Shown: one piece after another, positions 14,178 to 28,499 of the stretch | Layout of the letters: each line of letters begins with the position of its first letter | Position numbering within the stretch: position 1 is the first letter of the stretch | Source: Squalus acanthias | Lineage: Eukaryota | Direction of reading: 5' to 3' | Length of the DNA: 64,000 bases | NCBI GenBank assembly: GCA_030390025.1 | Contig: CM059440.1 | Span: 1,488,001-1,552,000, forward strand | The notes under the pieces: generated by a model | What the model was told of the DNA's origin: nothing | What the model saw: only the letters and a program-made list of their open reading frames with translations | The model's database searches: none | Made by a program: the position numbers and the translations under genes

Positions 14178-14701
14178 ATGCGTCCAATGCGGATTCTCCT
14201 CCTGCTGCTCCTGACTGGCGCACGTAAGGCTTTCGAATATTTATTTCACGAAACACAACCGATTGTGAATTAGAATTGATACATAAAAGTAAATAAAACA
14301 AGTTTACTGAACGCCAGCGATCACCTTACCAAATTGCTTCATTCTTAAATAGTTTGTGTTGCTGTCAATCGACAGTGAATAATTCTGTGAAATATCCCCA
14401 GGTGCAGCTCCTGACAACTCGGTCACACAGTCTCCCCGTGTGACAAGAATCCTCGGACAGTCTGTGGAAATAAGCTGCGTTCAAACGAGTGCCTGGCAGT
14501 ATAGCTACTGGTACAAGCAGACTCCAGTAACCCTCCAGTTCATTCTGTATTCCAAATATGATGCAGCAATTAGTAGTCATTCCACTTCAGATATCCCCGA
14601 CCATTTCAATCTTTCCAGATCCGACACCCGTGAGTGTAAACTGATCATCTCAAGGGTTCAGTGGAAGGACAGTGCCGTATATTTCTGTGCAGCGAGCAGG
14701 A
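14178..14701 (+). CDS. V gene 2, family B (leader 14178-14223, V exon 14402-14701), intact
   Basis: Leader MRPMRILLLLLLTGA; V exon VTQSP...ISC...WYKQ...DSAVYFCAASR; canonical splice sites. Confidence 0.92.
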
Positions 14702-14739
14702 CACATTGCTGCCGATTCATAGCCTCCTATATAAAAAAA
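14702..14739 (+). other. RSS of V2 (23-class)
   Basis: CACATTG + 22 bp + ATAAAAAAA (A-tract longer than in V4). Confidence 0.75.
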
Positions 14740-15094
14740 ACCCGGCCACGCTCTCTCCTTTATATGTGCGTTGCGTGTTCTATACTCGCTCCCTGTTAAA
14801 GAATGTGCAATTATTCAGTATTCGAACAGTGGGTTTAACTCGTCAATGTGATTGGAAAAATGAGGTGACCGGAGGATTGTTGTAAAAAGGAGTAGGAGGT
14901 GTTTTATCTGAAGAGTTGCATGGACTGAGTGGCCTCCCCTTCTCCCGACCTTCTATAAAGAGCCATGAGAGGGCCAGGCACAAAGGTTATCTCTGCTTAT
15001 TGAAATAAGGCTGAGAGATACAACCCCCTTCCTTGGGCAGCACTCTCGCCTTTTAGTTCCTTAAATAATACACCCCTTAAAGAATATAAATGTC

Positions 15095-15490
15095 AGTGTC
15101 AGCCGTGGCTCACTTGGTAGCACTCTCACCTCTGAGTCAGAAGGTTGTGGGGTCAAGGACCCACTCCAGAGACTTGAGCACAAAAGTTTAGGCTGATACT
15201 CCAGTGCAGTAGCTGAGGGAGCGCTGCACTGTCGGAGGTGCCGTCTTTCGGATCAGACATTAAACCGAGGCCCGGTCTGCTCTCTCTCAGGTGGACGTAA
15301 AAGATCCCATGGCAATATTTCGAAGAACAGCAGGGGGTCCTTGCCCAATATTTATCCCTCAACCAGCATCACAGAAGCAGATTATCTGGTCATTATCACA
15401 CAGCTGCTTGTGGGAGCTTGCTGTGCGCAATTTGGCTGCCGCGTTTCCTACAGTACAACAGTGACTCCACTTCAAAATTATTTACTTGAC
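15095..15490 (+). mobile_element. tRNA-derived SINE (copy at 27528-27915; reverse-strand fragments at about 47805-48115 and 63820-63900)
   Basis: A-box-like GTGGCTCACTTGGTAGC, degenerate B-box, conserved core recurring in the window. Confidence 0.8.
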
Positions 15491-16079
15491 TGTCAACCCA
15501 AACATTTTAAAAGTAGATTCAGAGCCCTGAAGGTTTTAACTGCACTGTGTGGGAGGTGAGCTAATTCCATTAACAAAAACTGTTCCAAAATATGGGAAAC
15601 ATACAACTCAATTGATATAAAACAACTTATTTGATTAAACCTGTGAATACTGAGGGTCGACATCAGTCCGCATGCTTCAGAGGAATATAGTTTAACTTTT
15701 GTCTGCAGTTAACCATTGCAGCCAGCACATTATGTTTGGTGTAGATGGAGGTATTCACCTCTCAGAGAGACACTGACATCCTTCCTAGCTCCTTCTCTCT
15801 CAGTGTGTAATGGGAAAAGACACTTTGGTTAACTTATTGGTCCCTTAGCACTTTTCCTCTGAAGAAGACCCCCGGTGATCTTCATACCACATGCGCAGTG
15901 ATTTTGGAATTCACCACAGTCATATGTATCCTCTCATTGTCCTCTCCAATTCAGCTTCAGCCAGTGGAGAAGCTCTTTCCTTCTCACCCAGCCAATGCTG
16001 ATTAATTCAATAGTGGTGCTTATGGCAGTCTCGTCCTGATTGGTTACTTTGGGTATCAGGGAGTTGCTAAAAGAAAGTA

Positions 16080-17480
16080 AGAACATAATAATTAGGAGCA
16101 GGAGTAGACCATTCGGCCCCTCGAGCCTGCTCCGCCATTCAATGAGATCATGGCTGATCTTCTACCTCAACTCCACTTTCCTGCACTATCCCCATATCCC
16201 TTGATTCCCTTAATATTCAAAATTCTATTGATCTCTGTCTTGAATATACTCAACGACTGAGCCTCCACAGCCCTCTGGGGTAGAGAATTCCAAAGATTCA
16301 CCACCCTCTGAGTGAAGAAATTTCTCCTCACCTCAGTCCTAAGTGGCCGATCCCTTATTCTGAGACGGTGGCCCCTGGTTGAAGACGCCCCAGCCAGGGG
16401 AAACATCCTCCCTGCATCTACTCTGTCAAGCCCTGTAAGAATTTTGTATGTTTCAAAGAGATCACTTGTCATTCTTCTAAACTCTAGAGAATATAGACCA
16501 AGTCTACTCAATCTGTCCTCATAGGACAATCCCCCCATCCCAGAAATCAGCCTGGTGAACCTTTGTTGAACTCCCTCCATTGCAAGTATATCCTTCCTTA
16601 GGTAAGAAGACCAAAACTGTACACAATACTCCAGGTGTGGTCTCACCAGGGCCCTATATAATTGCAGTTAGACGTCTTTACTCTTATACTCAAATCCTCT
16701 TGTAATAAAGGCCAGCAAAGCATTTGTTTTCCTAATTGCTTGCTGTAACTGCATGTTAACTTTCACTGATTCGTGTACAAGGACACCCAGGTCCCTCTGA
16801 ACACCAACATTTCCCAATCTCTCACCATTTAAAAAAAATAATCTGCTTTTTTATTTTTCCTACCAAAGTGGATAACTTCACATTTCTCCACATTATATTC
16901 CATTTGCCATGTTCTTGCCCACTCACGTAGCCTGTCTATATCACCTTGATGCCTCACTGCATCCTCCTCACAACTTACATGCCCACCCTGCTTTCGATCA
17001 TCAACAAACTTGGATAGGTTACATGTGGTCCCGTCATCCAAATCATTGATGTATATTGTGAATAGCTGAGGCCCAAGCACTGATTCTTGTGGTACTTTCA
17101 AAAATGACCCGTTTATTTCTAATCTCAATTTTCTGTCCATTAACCAATCTTCAATCCATGCGAGTATATACCTTGAGCCCTAATTTTGTTCAATAATCTC
17201 TTGTGTGGCACCTCATCGAATACCTTCTGAAATTCCCAATACACCACATCCACTGGTTCCCCCTAATCTATTCTGCTAGTTACAACCTCAAAAACTCTAA
17301 CAGCTTCGTCAAACATGATTTCCCTTTCATAAATCCGTGTTGACTCTACCCAATCCTATTATTATTTTCTAAGTGCCTGTTACCATGTCCTTAATAATAG
17401 ATTCTAGCATTTTCCCTACTACTGATGTCAGGCTAACTGGTCTGTAGTTCCCCGTTTTCTCTCTTCCTCCTTTCTTAAAA
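16080..17480 (-). mobile_element. CR1 LINE fragment shared by units 1 and 2
   Basis: PQESVLGPQLFTIYINDLD and RPHLEYCVQFWS peptides; copy at 28500-29900. Confidence 0.92.
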
Positions 17481-20161
17481 GTGAAAATTATTACGCCCAG
17501 TGCTTTGTAAATTGTGAGCCTTTCTCCAATAATGAATTAATTGAGGGCCCCATCTGTGGAATACCAGACACTCTCCCTTCCCTCCTCATCACCACCACCA
17601 TTTTCCAGCATCTTAATGTTTACTTTACCGAAACTCTTGAATGTAAAGTGTATCTTTACAGAGTGAGTACAGAACAATAATTCACACAGATACACCCCAC
17701 ATCCCAGGATTGCTGAACATTCTCCCAATCACCTTTGGGAGCTGTGAAGTACTGATGGGGTCTGCTCTTTTGCAACATACAAAATGTAACAACAACTATG
17801 TAAAAGCTTACCTTTTTGTTTAAATCTCATGTTATAAAACAGTGAGTGTGTTGAGTGGAAGATAGCTAGACAGCGTTACTGTTTCCTGTCAAATCATCTG
17901 ACTAACTTGGCTTTGTATTACAGAATGGGCTAAGTTCAAGAGATCACACTGACTCCCACATTTGGCATGTATGGTGTATTTACAAGTTTAACATTGGTGT
18001 AAAACAGTTTCTGACTTAGCTCAGGTGCTAAACTTGTGTAATGTGAATCAGCTGTGAAGGCCTGAGCTAACTCCAAAGCAAAGCCATAAAATCCGAGCTA
18101 GATGTTCTTTCATGCCACGCAATTTAGCTCATTTCCAGCCCTTTATCTTTACTCTGACTTTATCTTGAACTCTTCTTTATTTATTTTCAACATGAGCCTC
18201 AAATGTTTCAAATGTTCTCCTATCTTCAAGTTACTTACTTGCTCTGCTTTGACATCCAGAATTAGATGATATACACGCTTTTCCTGTGTCTTTGTGAGCA
18301 TTAGGTCAAGTTTTCTGCCCACACGACACCAATTTCCCCTTTAATGGATCTGCGGCAGATGCACCAAAACTGAGGGGAACTATTTGAGCTGAAGACCATC
18401 CGTCAGTAATAACACAGGTGCAATCTGCATAAAACTGGGCCACCAACAGGGTCAGTACAGTTACCCATCTCCTTCAGATCTGGCTACAAATAATGTAAAG
18501 GCTTATTGGTATCAGGAGGTGGGAAAAGGTAAATATGCTCCTCACTGATGCACATATTTCTCATGGTCCACACCAAGCATAACACAAATCTAAGTTGGGA
18601 ACTTCTGCAATTTCTGGGAGACACCATTTCAAGCATTGTACACAGCTTTGCAATCTTTATTGTGCCAGAACAGCATGGGACACTTTGTGGCAGATGACAG
18701 CCGAGGAAGACCAAACAGATGCTCCAGCTTCCGGCGAAAGCCCTTCTGCTGTCAGGTGGTTTCTCAGTAGAGTCCGCAGCATTTATATAAATATATAATT
18801 CGCTTCCGGATATCACTGGATTTGGGGAAATTCAGTCGGCTATTTTCCATTTGAGGAACGAACACTCAATTAGATCAAGTTCAACTTTGGTCTTTCTGTC
18901 AGTGGATAGAGTTTTGTCCAAAATATATACCAACTACCTAAAAGATAGTGACCACAGACATCCAAATGCACTGTCATTTGAATTTCCAATGAGTATCGAA
19001 TTGTTAAGAGCACGAATTATTATTTTAAAATAAGCCAAAGAGGTAGAAGAAGGGGTCAAAAACGCTATTAATGAAAAGAATATTTAAACAGTTAACAGGA
19101 AAATATTTTTACTTCATCAACGTTCCTTATAAGCTAGCAGGAAGGAGATACAGGCAAAGACAGTGGAGAGATTCAAAGTATAGTGCGACACCTTGACACC
19201 ACATTGAATGTTTAGGATTGGGCTTCTATGGAAATTGCCTTTTCCTCATCTCTGTCTTTTCTGGCTCTCTATATCCCTCTGGGACGGCAGCCATCGAATG
19301 CTGAGCAGCGTTTCTGCTGCGAGATACCTTGTCGCTAAATCACCAACTTGGCAATTTCCATTAATTTTATTACAGTGGTTATACAATTGAACTCATGCTT
19401 GAGTTGGAGTGAAAATACTGAATGCATTCGTTCACACTTTCCCTCTCACACATACACTTACTGAATATTCAAATCGCCCTCAGCATATTGGACCTGGTGC
19501 CATTTGTCAGAGAGGTTTGGATTGATTGGTCAGGTGAAGATTCTGAGGAGCGGCCTCGGTGGTCCGGCAGTAGCGCGTTGGAATCCCGCGAGTAATTCCA
19601 AATAATGATCTTCATTGGGCTCCTCAGCTGATCACCTGAACACACTGCGGCGGAAAGTATCGAGGAAGTGATTTACCCGGGCTGCTGTTAATAAACTCAC
19701 TTCTGATGCGGCTACAGATGTTTAACCTCCTACTTTTCTTACTAAAAAGTCCAGTTAGCGGACGGCCTTCGACTGACCGGGTGTTGGACATTTGTAATGA
19801 TCCGTTATTACACTGTATTACACAGACAAGCTCTGCTAAAGCTCCTAGTTATACAGGAAACGCTCCTCTAATAGCAGGCTCGTCATCTTCTTCAGTTCTC
19901 TTTGAGTTGGCTGGTTTAGATGATACGAACATTTATACCTCGCAGCTAATACAAAAACAAAAGAGCCCATTAAAGTTACAATTCCGGATTGGGTTTGGTT
20001 GAAGAAAGCAGAGTGGCCAGTGTTATTTACCTTGTACATTAAACGAGCTGAAGAGTGAGAGGAGTTTGTCAGTCTGACCGCAGGGTTCGAACGGAACCTC
20101 CTTGGCGGAGTGCTGCCGTGTATAAAGGAGCGCTCACTGTCCCAGCCTCACCCTGTCTGAA

Positions 20162-20680
20162 ATGATGCTGCCGAGTCAATTCATTGTCCTCATCTTTCTG
20201 TCATGGGCACGTGAGTATTGTAGCAGGGCATCGGTGTTTAACACAACGCTCGATTGTAGATTACAGTTCATTTAATAAATTGCTCTTCCATTGACTGTGA
20301 GGAAATAGTTCGGTTTATAATAAAACTTTTTAAAGGGACAGAATTTCACTAACTCATTGAATGTTTTCATCACTCAGGCGCCGCTCCTGACAATATTGTC
20401 ACACAATCTCCTTCTGCCACAATGTTTGTGGGACAGGCTGTGGAAATAAACTGCACACAGACCGCTTCCTGGGATTACATTTACTGGTACAAGCAGAGTC
20501 CAGGAGAAAGCTTGAATTTGATCTTGTATTCTCAACAAGCATATGGAGCACAGAAGCAGATTACTTCGGAAATTCCCGCAAGGTTCAGTGTTTCTCGGCC
20601 AGAGATGCGTAACTGCAGCCTGATTTTAACCTCGCTCCGCCTGGGCGACAGCGCCGTGTATTTCTGCGCTGCTAGTTTAG
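20162..20680 (+). CDS. V gene 3, family A (leader 20162-20210, V exon 20378-20680), intact; RSS 20681-20718
   Basis: Near-identical to V1; CACAGCG-22-ACAAAATCC follows. Confidence 0.93.
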
Positions 20681-22297
20681 CACAGCGGTGCAAACAGGCG
20701 AGTATTCACACAAAATCCCAACAGAGCGCAGAGCTCCGCCTCAACACACCCTTCTTTAGTCGTGTTATTGTTCTGATGTTTATGGCTATAATTTCTAAAT
20801 TCATAAAGATTTTTCATAATTGGTGAATGTAATTCAGTGATCAGACATCAAAAATCCAATAAGGACTTCCTGAAAGTCAGACACTAAACCGAGTTCTAAG
20901 GAACAAAAACAGAAAATGCTGCAAACACTCAGCAGGTCAGTCAGCATCTGTGGAGAACAGGTGAGTTATTTTCTCAGCAACCTAGCGGAGCGCAGCAAGT
21001 TCCTTTCTCACCGGCTCCCAGGTTCACACTGTCAGGTGAGACAGCATTATCTTACTCTGCTTCCTCCACCTTGAGTAGAGGGCCTCTCTGCTCCAAAAGA
21101 TCCCCCTTCTCTGTAGCTCCTCCAGAGTAACATCTTGGACTGCAGTCGTCCTGCCTCTGCACCTTGCTTCAAATTTTATTCAGATTAAGAGCCAGTTTCT
21201 CTTTAATGGCCACCTTTTAAGAGCTACAGGCACGGATATTCCACCCTGACCCCTGCGCTGCCCCAACATGTCATGCCCTGGGAGGGCTGAGAATGTATTT
21301 ACATTTTACAGCACCAGGTCAGCAATAAGCGCTACAGATGCTCGCAATGTGCACGAAGCAATGGCCCCAGTGCCTCTCCATCAAGACCACATGATTTGCC
21401 CCACTATCACTTTCATGTCAATCAGCAGCAGTTTTGGATGTGCGCTGATGCCAAAATGGCACTATTCAAATCCCAGTTTCACACAACAATAGCATAGCCC
21501 ATCCCCCCTGGTACAGGTGTCGAAAGGGGCCAACATTCTCGATGCTGTTCATGTGATGAGAGAAATACCGGCAGCAAACCAAGTAATCCTCAGCTTCTAA
21601 CGCAACAGCAACGAGAAAATCAGCAACAGTTACCTTAGCTCCAGGAATCCCTCCAATAACTTTTCTCTCATCATAATCCTCGTAAATCCATCTATTTCAC
21701 TGGGTGGAGTTTGACGGGTTTTCCTCCCATTTCCTTCGTTCTTGCCCGCGATTTCTTGTTAGTTTCATCTGGTCTCGCATTTCCTACTTTGCGATTCTCT
21801 AATAGGTCTGCCTATGTAAAGCTACCGAAGCATATCAGCGACTTTACCTATATCATACATTCCTACATCTGTGTTATGGTTGCCTTAGAGTTGTGGCACT
21901 TTGCACAATTCTGCAGCACAGATAGGAATCGCCAAGGCAAGAGGAAATAAACCACACTGTGCAACTCTGCGCTCGAACACAAGTGCAGAATATACAGTGC
22001 CTGACATCAAATGATTGTGTCATGTGACCAGTTACAGTGTTAATGCAGCTGCCTCACACTCACCAAATCAATCAATCCTGCAAACAGTAATATCGCTTAT
22101 CATTATTAAAACAACCTTCAAGGGGGAAACGGAAAATGAACAGAGGAAGAAAAATTCCACCTGCAGTTTACCATGTTTGTTCTAATGATTTTATTAATTT
22201 AACAAGTGTATGTGGATGTTCCCCAGTCACTGGGACCAGCGGCCAAAAACGATTCATGGCTTTCAACAAACTGCACATGCGCAAACGCTCTTTGCAT

Positions 22298-24112
22298 AGA
22301 ATCATAGAATCATAGAAAGTTACAGCACGGAAGGAGGCCATTTCGGCCCATCGTGACCGCGCCGGCCAACAAAGAGCTATCCAGCCTAGTCCCACTTCCC
22401 AGCTCTTGTTCCGTGGCCCTGCAGGTTACAGCATCCCAAGTGCACATCCAAGTACTTTTTAAATGTGGTCATGATGCGGAGATGCCGGCGTTGGACTGGG
22501 GTGGACAAAAATGAGAAGTCGCACAACACCAGGTTATAGTCCAACAGATTTATTTAAAATTACAAGCTTTCGGAGCTATCGCCCCTTCCTCAGGTAGAGT
22601 AACTCTACCTGAGGAAGGGGCGATAGCTCCGAAAGCTTGTAATTTTAAATAAATCTGTTGGACTATAACCTGGTGTTGTGCGACTTCTCATTTTTTTAAA
22701 TGTGGTTAGTGTTCCTGCCTCTGCCACCCTTTGAAGCAGTGAGTGCCAGACCCCCACAATCCTCTGGGTGAAGAAATTTCCCCTCAAATCCCCTCTAAAC
22801 CTTCCACCAATTACTTTAAATCTGTGCCCCTTCGTTTTTGATTGCTCTGCTAAGGGAAATAGGTCCTTTCTATCCGCTTTATCTATGCCCCTCATAATTT
22901 TATACACCTCAATAAGGTCTCCCCTCCAACTCCTCTGTACCAAGGAATACAGACCCAGCCTGTTCAGTCTTTCCTCATAGCTAAGATTCTCTATTCCCGG
23001 CAACATCCTTGTAAATCTCCTCTGTACCCTCTCTAGTGCAATCACATCTTTCCTGTAATGTGGTGACCAGAACTGCACGCAGTACTCTAGCTGAGGCCTA
23101 ACTAGTGTTTTATACAGTTGAAGTATAACCCCCCTGCTCTTGTATTCTATGCCACGGCTAATAAAGGCAAGCATTCCTTATGCCTTCTTAACCACCTTAT
23201 CTACTTGGCCTGCTACCTTCAGGGATCTGTGGACATGCACTCCAAGGTGCCTTTGTTCCTCTACACTACGCAGTGTCCTACCATTTAATGTGTATTCCCT
23301 TTCCTTGTTAGCCCTCCCCAAATGAATTACCTCACACTTCTCCGGATTGAATTCCATTTGCCACTGTTCTGCCCACCTGACCAATGTATTGATATCTTCC
23401 TGCAGTCTACAGCTTCCTTCTTCAGTATCAACCACACAGCCGATTTTAGTATCATCTGCAAACTTCTTAATCATACCCCCTATATTCAAGTCAAGATCGT
23501 TCATATATACCACAAAAAGCAAGGATCCTAGTACTGAGCCCTGCGGAACTGCACTGGAAACAGCCTTCCAGTCACAAAAACACCCATCAACCATTACCCT
23601 CTGCTTCCTGTCTCCAAGCCAGTTTTGAATCCAACTTGACACTTTGCCCTGGATCCCATGGGCTTTTAACTTCGTGACCAGTCTGCCATGTGGAACCTTA
23701 TCAAAAGCCTTGCTAAAGTCCATATACACTACATCAAATGCACTACCCTCATCTACCCTCCTTGTTACCTCCTCAAAAAATTCAATCAAGTTTGTCAGAC
23801 ACGACCTTCCCTTAACAAATCCGTGCTGACTATCCTTGATTAATCCATGTCTTTCTAACTGAAGATTTATCCTGTCTTTCAGAATTCTTTCCAATCATTT
23901 TCCCACCACCAAGGTTAGGCTGACTGGCCTCTAATTACTCGGTCTATCCTTTTCTCCCTTTTTAAACAAGGGTACCACATTAGCAGTCCTGCAGTCCTCC
24001 GGCACCATACCTGAAGCCAGAGAGGATTGAAAAATGATGGTTAGGGCCTCTGCTATTTCCTCTTTTGCTTCGCTTAACAGCCTGGGATACATTTCATCCG
24101 GGCCTGGGGATT
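22298..24112 (-). mobile_element. CR1 LINE (RT domain) private to unit 2, with nested Penelope-like palindrome 22470-22695
   Basis: QHGFVKGRSCLTNL, DFSKAFDKV, FADD motifs; (CATAGAAT)n tail; empty site near 11680. Confidence 0.93.
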
Positions 24113-26450
24113 AACATTGCCGGACAGACCCCACAGCATTGCCAGCCAAGATTATTACAGAGGTGTTTAAGTAGAAGTGGGACTGTAATATAAATGCAAT
24201 AGATACCAGTGATCCTGTAGCCATTTGTTCTAAAGCTGTCCTGCCATATAGCAGTGGTTTACACAACCATGACATCTGGCCTCAATGCTGCCGAATAGCA
24301 AACAGCAGTTTGCACCTTTAACCAAAGTCTGCCTGTGCCATTTGTGTGCAGGATGCAAGTCTGCACTCAGTTGCTAACCATGCAAAGAATATTAACCAGC
24401 AAAAAACCATCTGTGCTGAACAGATCATTTTTGCTGCTGTTATGTCAGGAGATCAATGTTGTATTTTGTTGGAAAAACACCTTTTAAGGATGATCCCAAA
24501 TTTCTTTTGATATGTGAAACGCTATTAAACTTTATATAGTCATAATATAATCTGTGTATTTGTGAGTGATCTCGTTTTCCCAAACAATATTTTAATATGA
24601 AGCAAACATTAATGGTCATTACCTATAATCAGGCCAGTTAAGATAAGGGGCTCGATTTTAACAGCTCAGGTTTCGGGCTGGTGGGTGTGTGGAGGTGGGG
24701 CGGGGGCGGGGGCGGGGGCGTTGGGCTGAGTGCAAAACACACTTTGCAGGCCTAAGTTCGAAGCCTGGGGTATTTTAACTCCCAGCTCATCTACATGTTG
24801 CCAGTCAGCTGTCTGCCCAAAACATAGAAAACAACACCCTCTTTATACAGAAATGATTATGGAATACAATAGGTTGCTGCACTTGGGAATCTGCCCCTTT
24901 TATATTATGGGATGGTTCCCTAGCATTAGAACAACACAAAAATTGTGTGTGCTTTTTGAAAGTCATTTAAATGTCACTTAATTTCTGGATGCTGGGTCTT
25001 TATGATAACTGGGCAGCAATGGAGAAAGCCACAGTGCTGGGCTGTGCAGGTGGGCTAAGGCTGCAGTGAGTCTGCTGCTCCTGAGGCATCAGTGAAAATA
25101 ATCTCATTAAGTGGGTTACAGCACTGCCTCATTTAGCTTTTGCACTGAAGGTAGGGCTGATTCTGGTGAGAGTGGAGTTATCTAAAGGGACCATAAGATT
25201 TCCACTGGATTGGGAACTGTAAAACACATAATAAATGAGTGTAGGCGACGGTATCGGTGAAGTATCTCCTCAAACTCTTCTATCCTATGACACCCAACAA
25301 AATAATAGTTCTCAAAGCTTTGATGTAAGCTAGATTACCCAAAGTGTGCAGGTTGGGTATAGATGCACATTGCTGACAACTCATCCTCTGCTCCAAATGA
25401 GACCTGAAGGAGGCCGGTATAAATGGTGACTCCAGGACACACCATGATGTTGTCATGTCGTGAAGTGTATTGGGTTCAGGTGCAGTGTGTTGGCTCCAGG
25501 CGGTGCATTGCAGTTGACGCTTGCTTACACTATTTCAACCCTACTGTAGATCCTTCTCAGGCAGTCCCTCGGAACCGAGGATGACTTGCTTCCACATTAA
25601 AAATGAGTTCTCAGGTGACTGATGAGTCCAATGTGGGACCTACAGTCTCTGTCACAGGTGGGTCAGGCGGCGGTTGAAATGGCGGGTGGGTGGGGTGCTT
25701 GGGTTGACGTGCGCTCCTTGCGCTGCCTGCGCTTGGCTTCCGCTTGCTCCGGGCGAAGAGACTCAAGGTGTTCGGCGCCTTCCAGGATGCTTCTCCTCCA
25801 CTTTGTGCAGTCTTGGTCGATAGGCCTCGGTGGAGATGATGCAGCAGTGCCTGCTTTGGATTCATTATATTTCTACAGGATCTTCATGCTACATACAATG
25901 AGCAGAAGTGCAATGGGAAGATCCTAGTATAACTAAGGTATTATTTCAACCGCACCAGATGTCATGCAATTGGTATTTATTAGCAATTTTGCTCTCCAAG
26001 AATGAGACCCAGGGTTTGATACACGGATTCCACTTGGCACGTCATAATTAGTCTGAAAGAAGACTGTTTTTGCAGGAGTATTGTTCAAGTGGTTTACCCT
26101 CAAATTATCAGAATCATTGACAATACTGCTTCCCTAACTCAACTTTTTCAGCCGCTTCAAATTTTTCTAAACATTTTTTTTTAATCATTTTTGTCACCTG
26201 CCCAATTCCTGTTATCCCACAATCTGTGCAATCAGGGAATGGTTCTGTTTCGATGTTTGGTCCTTGTACAATAAATATATCCCGGTAATACAGCACACCA
26301 ACGGATCAGCTCATCCATGGATTGTTTCTGGTGTCGGCGATTGGTTTTATATTAAACAATATCTACTTCACCACATATTTTACAGATCAATTAATTATTT
26401 CACAGAAAAATAGGTTTGCAGGAAATAGAAAAGGGAGTAGGCGGGAACTA

Positions 26451-26460
26451 AGTGACGTCA
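26451..26460 (+). promoter_or_regulatory. CRE decamer AGTGACGTCA in the V4 promoter
   Basis: Exact match, same position as in V2. Confidence 0.75.
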
Positions 26461-26613
26461 ACTTGCTGGGGTGTAAATGTTCCGGAGTTGCAATATGTGC
26501 CACATTAAATGCGAATAACCGGGCTCCATATGTCGGTCCTGTGACTCCCACCGAGCGATCTCTTGGGCGGCAGGGTCTCCAGAGACACTCAGTGTGGCCT
26601 CAGCTGTCTGACC

Positions 26614-27137
26614 ATGCGTCCAATGCGGATTCTCCTCCTGCTGCTCCTGACTGGCGCACGTAAGGCTTTCGAATATTTATTTCACGAAACACAACCGATT
26701 GTGAATTAGAATTGATACATAAAAGTAAATAAAACAAGTTTACTGAACGCCAGCGATCACCTTACCAAATTGCTTCATTCTTAAATAGTTTGTGTTGTTG
26801 TCAATCGACAGTGAATAATTCTGTGAAATATCCCCAGGTGCAGCTCCTGACAACTCGGTCACACAGTCTCCCCGTGTCACAGGAATCCTCGGACAGTCTG
26901 TGGAAATAAGCTGCGTTCAAACGAGTGCCTGGCAGTATATCTACTGGTACAAGCAGACTCCAGTAACCCTCCAGTTCATTCTGTATTCCAAATATGATGC
27001 AGCAATTAGTAGTCATTCCAATTCAGATATCCCCGACCATTTCAATCTTTCCAGATCCGACACCCGTGAGTGTAAACTGATCATCTCTAGGGTTCAGTGG
27101 AAGGACAGTGCCGTATATTTCTGTGCAGCGAGCAGGG
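26614..27137 (+). CDS. V gene 4, family B (leader 26614-26659, V exon 26838-27137), intact; RSS 27138-27176
   Basis: Paralog of V2; CACATTG + 22/23 bp + ATAAAAAAC/TAAAAAACC. Confidence 0.92.
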
Positions 27138-28499
27138 CACATTGCTGCCGATTCATAGCCTCCTGTATAAAAAACCCGGCCACGCTCTCTCCTTTATATG
27201 TGCGTTGCGTGTTCTATACTCGCTCCCTGTTAATGAATGTGCAATTATTCAGTATTCGAACAGTGGGTTTAACTCGTCAATGTGATTGGAAAAATGAGGT
27301 GACCGGAGGATTGTTGTAAAAAGGAGTAGGAGGTGTTTTGTCTGAAGAGCTGCATGGACTGAGTGGCCTCCCCTTCTCCCGACCTTCTATAAAGAGCCAT
27401 GAGAGGGCCAGGCACAAAGGTTATCTCTGCTTATTGAAATAAGGCTGAGAGATACAACCCCCTTCCTTGGGCAGCACTCTCGCCTTTTAGTTCCTTAAAT
27501 AATACACCCCTTAAAGAATATAAAAGTCAGTGTCAGCCGTGGCTCACTTGGTAGCACTCTCACCTCTGAGTCAGAAGGTTGTGGGGTCAAGGACCCACTC
27601 CAGAGACTTGAGCACAAAAGTTTAGGCTGATACTCCAGTGAAGTAGCTGAGGGAGCGCTGCACTGTCGGAGGTGCCGTCTTTCGGATCAGACATTAAACC
27701 GAGGCCCGGTCTGCTCTCTCTCAGGTGGACGTAAAGGAACCCATGGCACTATTTCGAAGAACAGCAGGGGATCCTTGCCCAATATTTATCCCTCAACCAA
27801 CATCACAGAAGCAGATTATCTGGTCATTATCACACAGCTGCTTGCGGGAGCTTGCTGTGCGCAATTTGGCTGCCACGTTTCCTACAGTACAACAGTGACT
27901 CCACTTCAAAATTATTTACTTGACTGTCAACCCAAACATTTTAAAAGTAGATTCAGAGCCCTGAAGGTTGTAACTGCACTGTGTGGGAGGTGAGCTAATT
28001 CCATTAACAAAAACTATTCCAAAATATGGGAAACATACAACTCAATTGATATAAAACAACTCATTTGATTAAACCTGTGAATACTGAGGGTCGACATCAG
28101 TCCGCATGTTTCAGAGGAATATAGTTTAACTTTTGTCTGCAGATAACCATTGCAGCCAGCACATTATGTTTGGTGTAGATGGAGGTATTCACCTCTCAGA
28201 GAGACACTGACATCCTTCCTAGCTCCTTCTCTCTCAGTGTGTAATGGGAAAAGACACTTTGGTTAACTTAGTGGTCCCTTAGCACTTTTCCTCTGAAGAA
28301 AACCCCCGGTGATCTTCATACCTCATGCGCAGTGATTTTGGACTTTGCCACAGTCATATGTTACCTCTCATTGTCCTCTCCAATTCAGCTTCAGCCAGTG
28401 GAGAAGCTCTTCCCTTCTCACCCAGCCAATGCTGATTAATTCAATAGGGGTGCTTATGGCAGTCTCGTCCTGATTGGGTATCAGGGAGTTGCTAAAATA

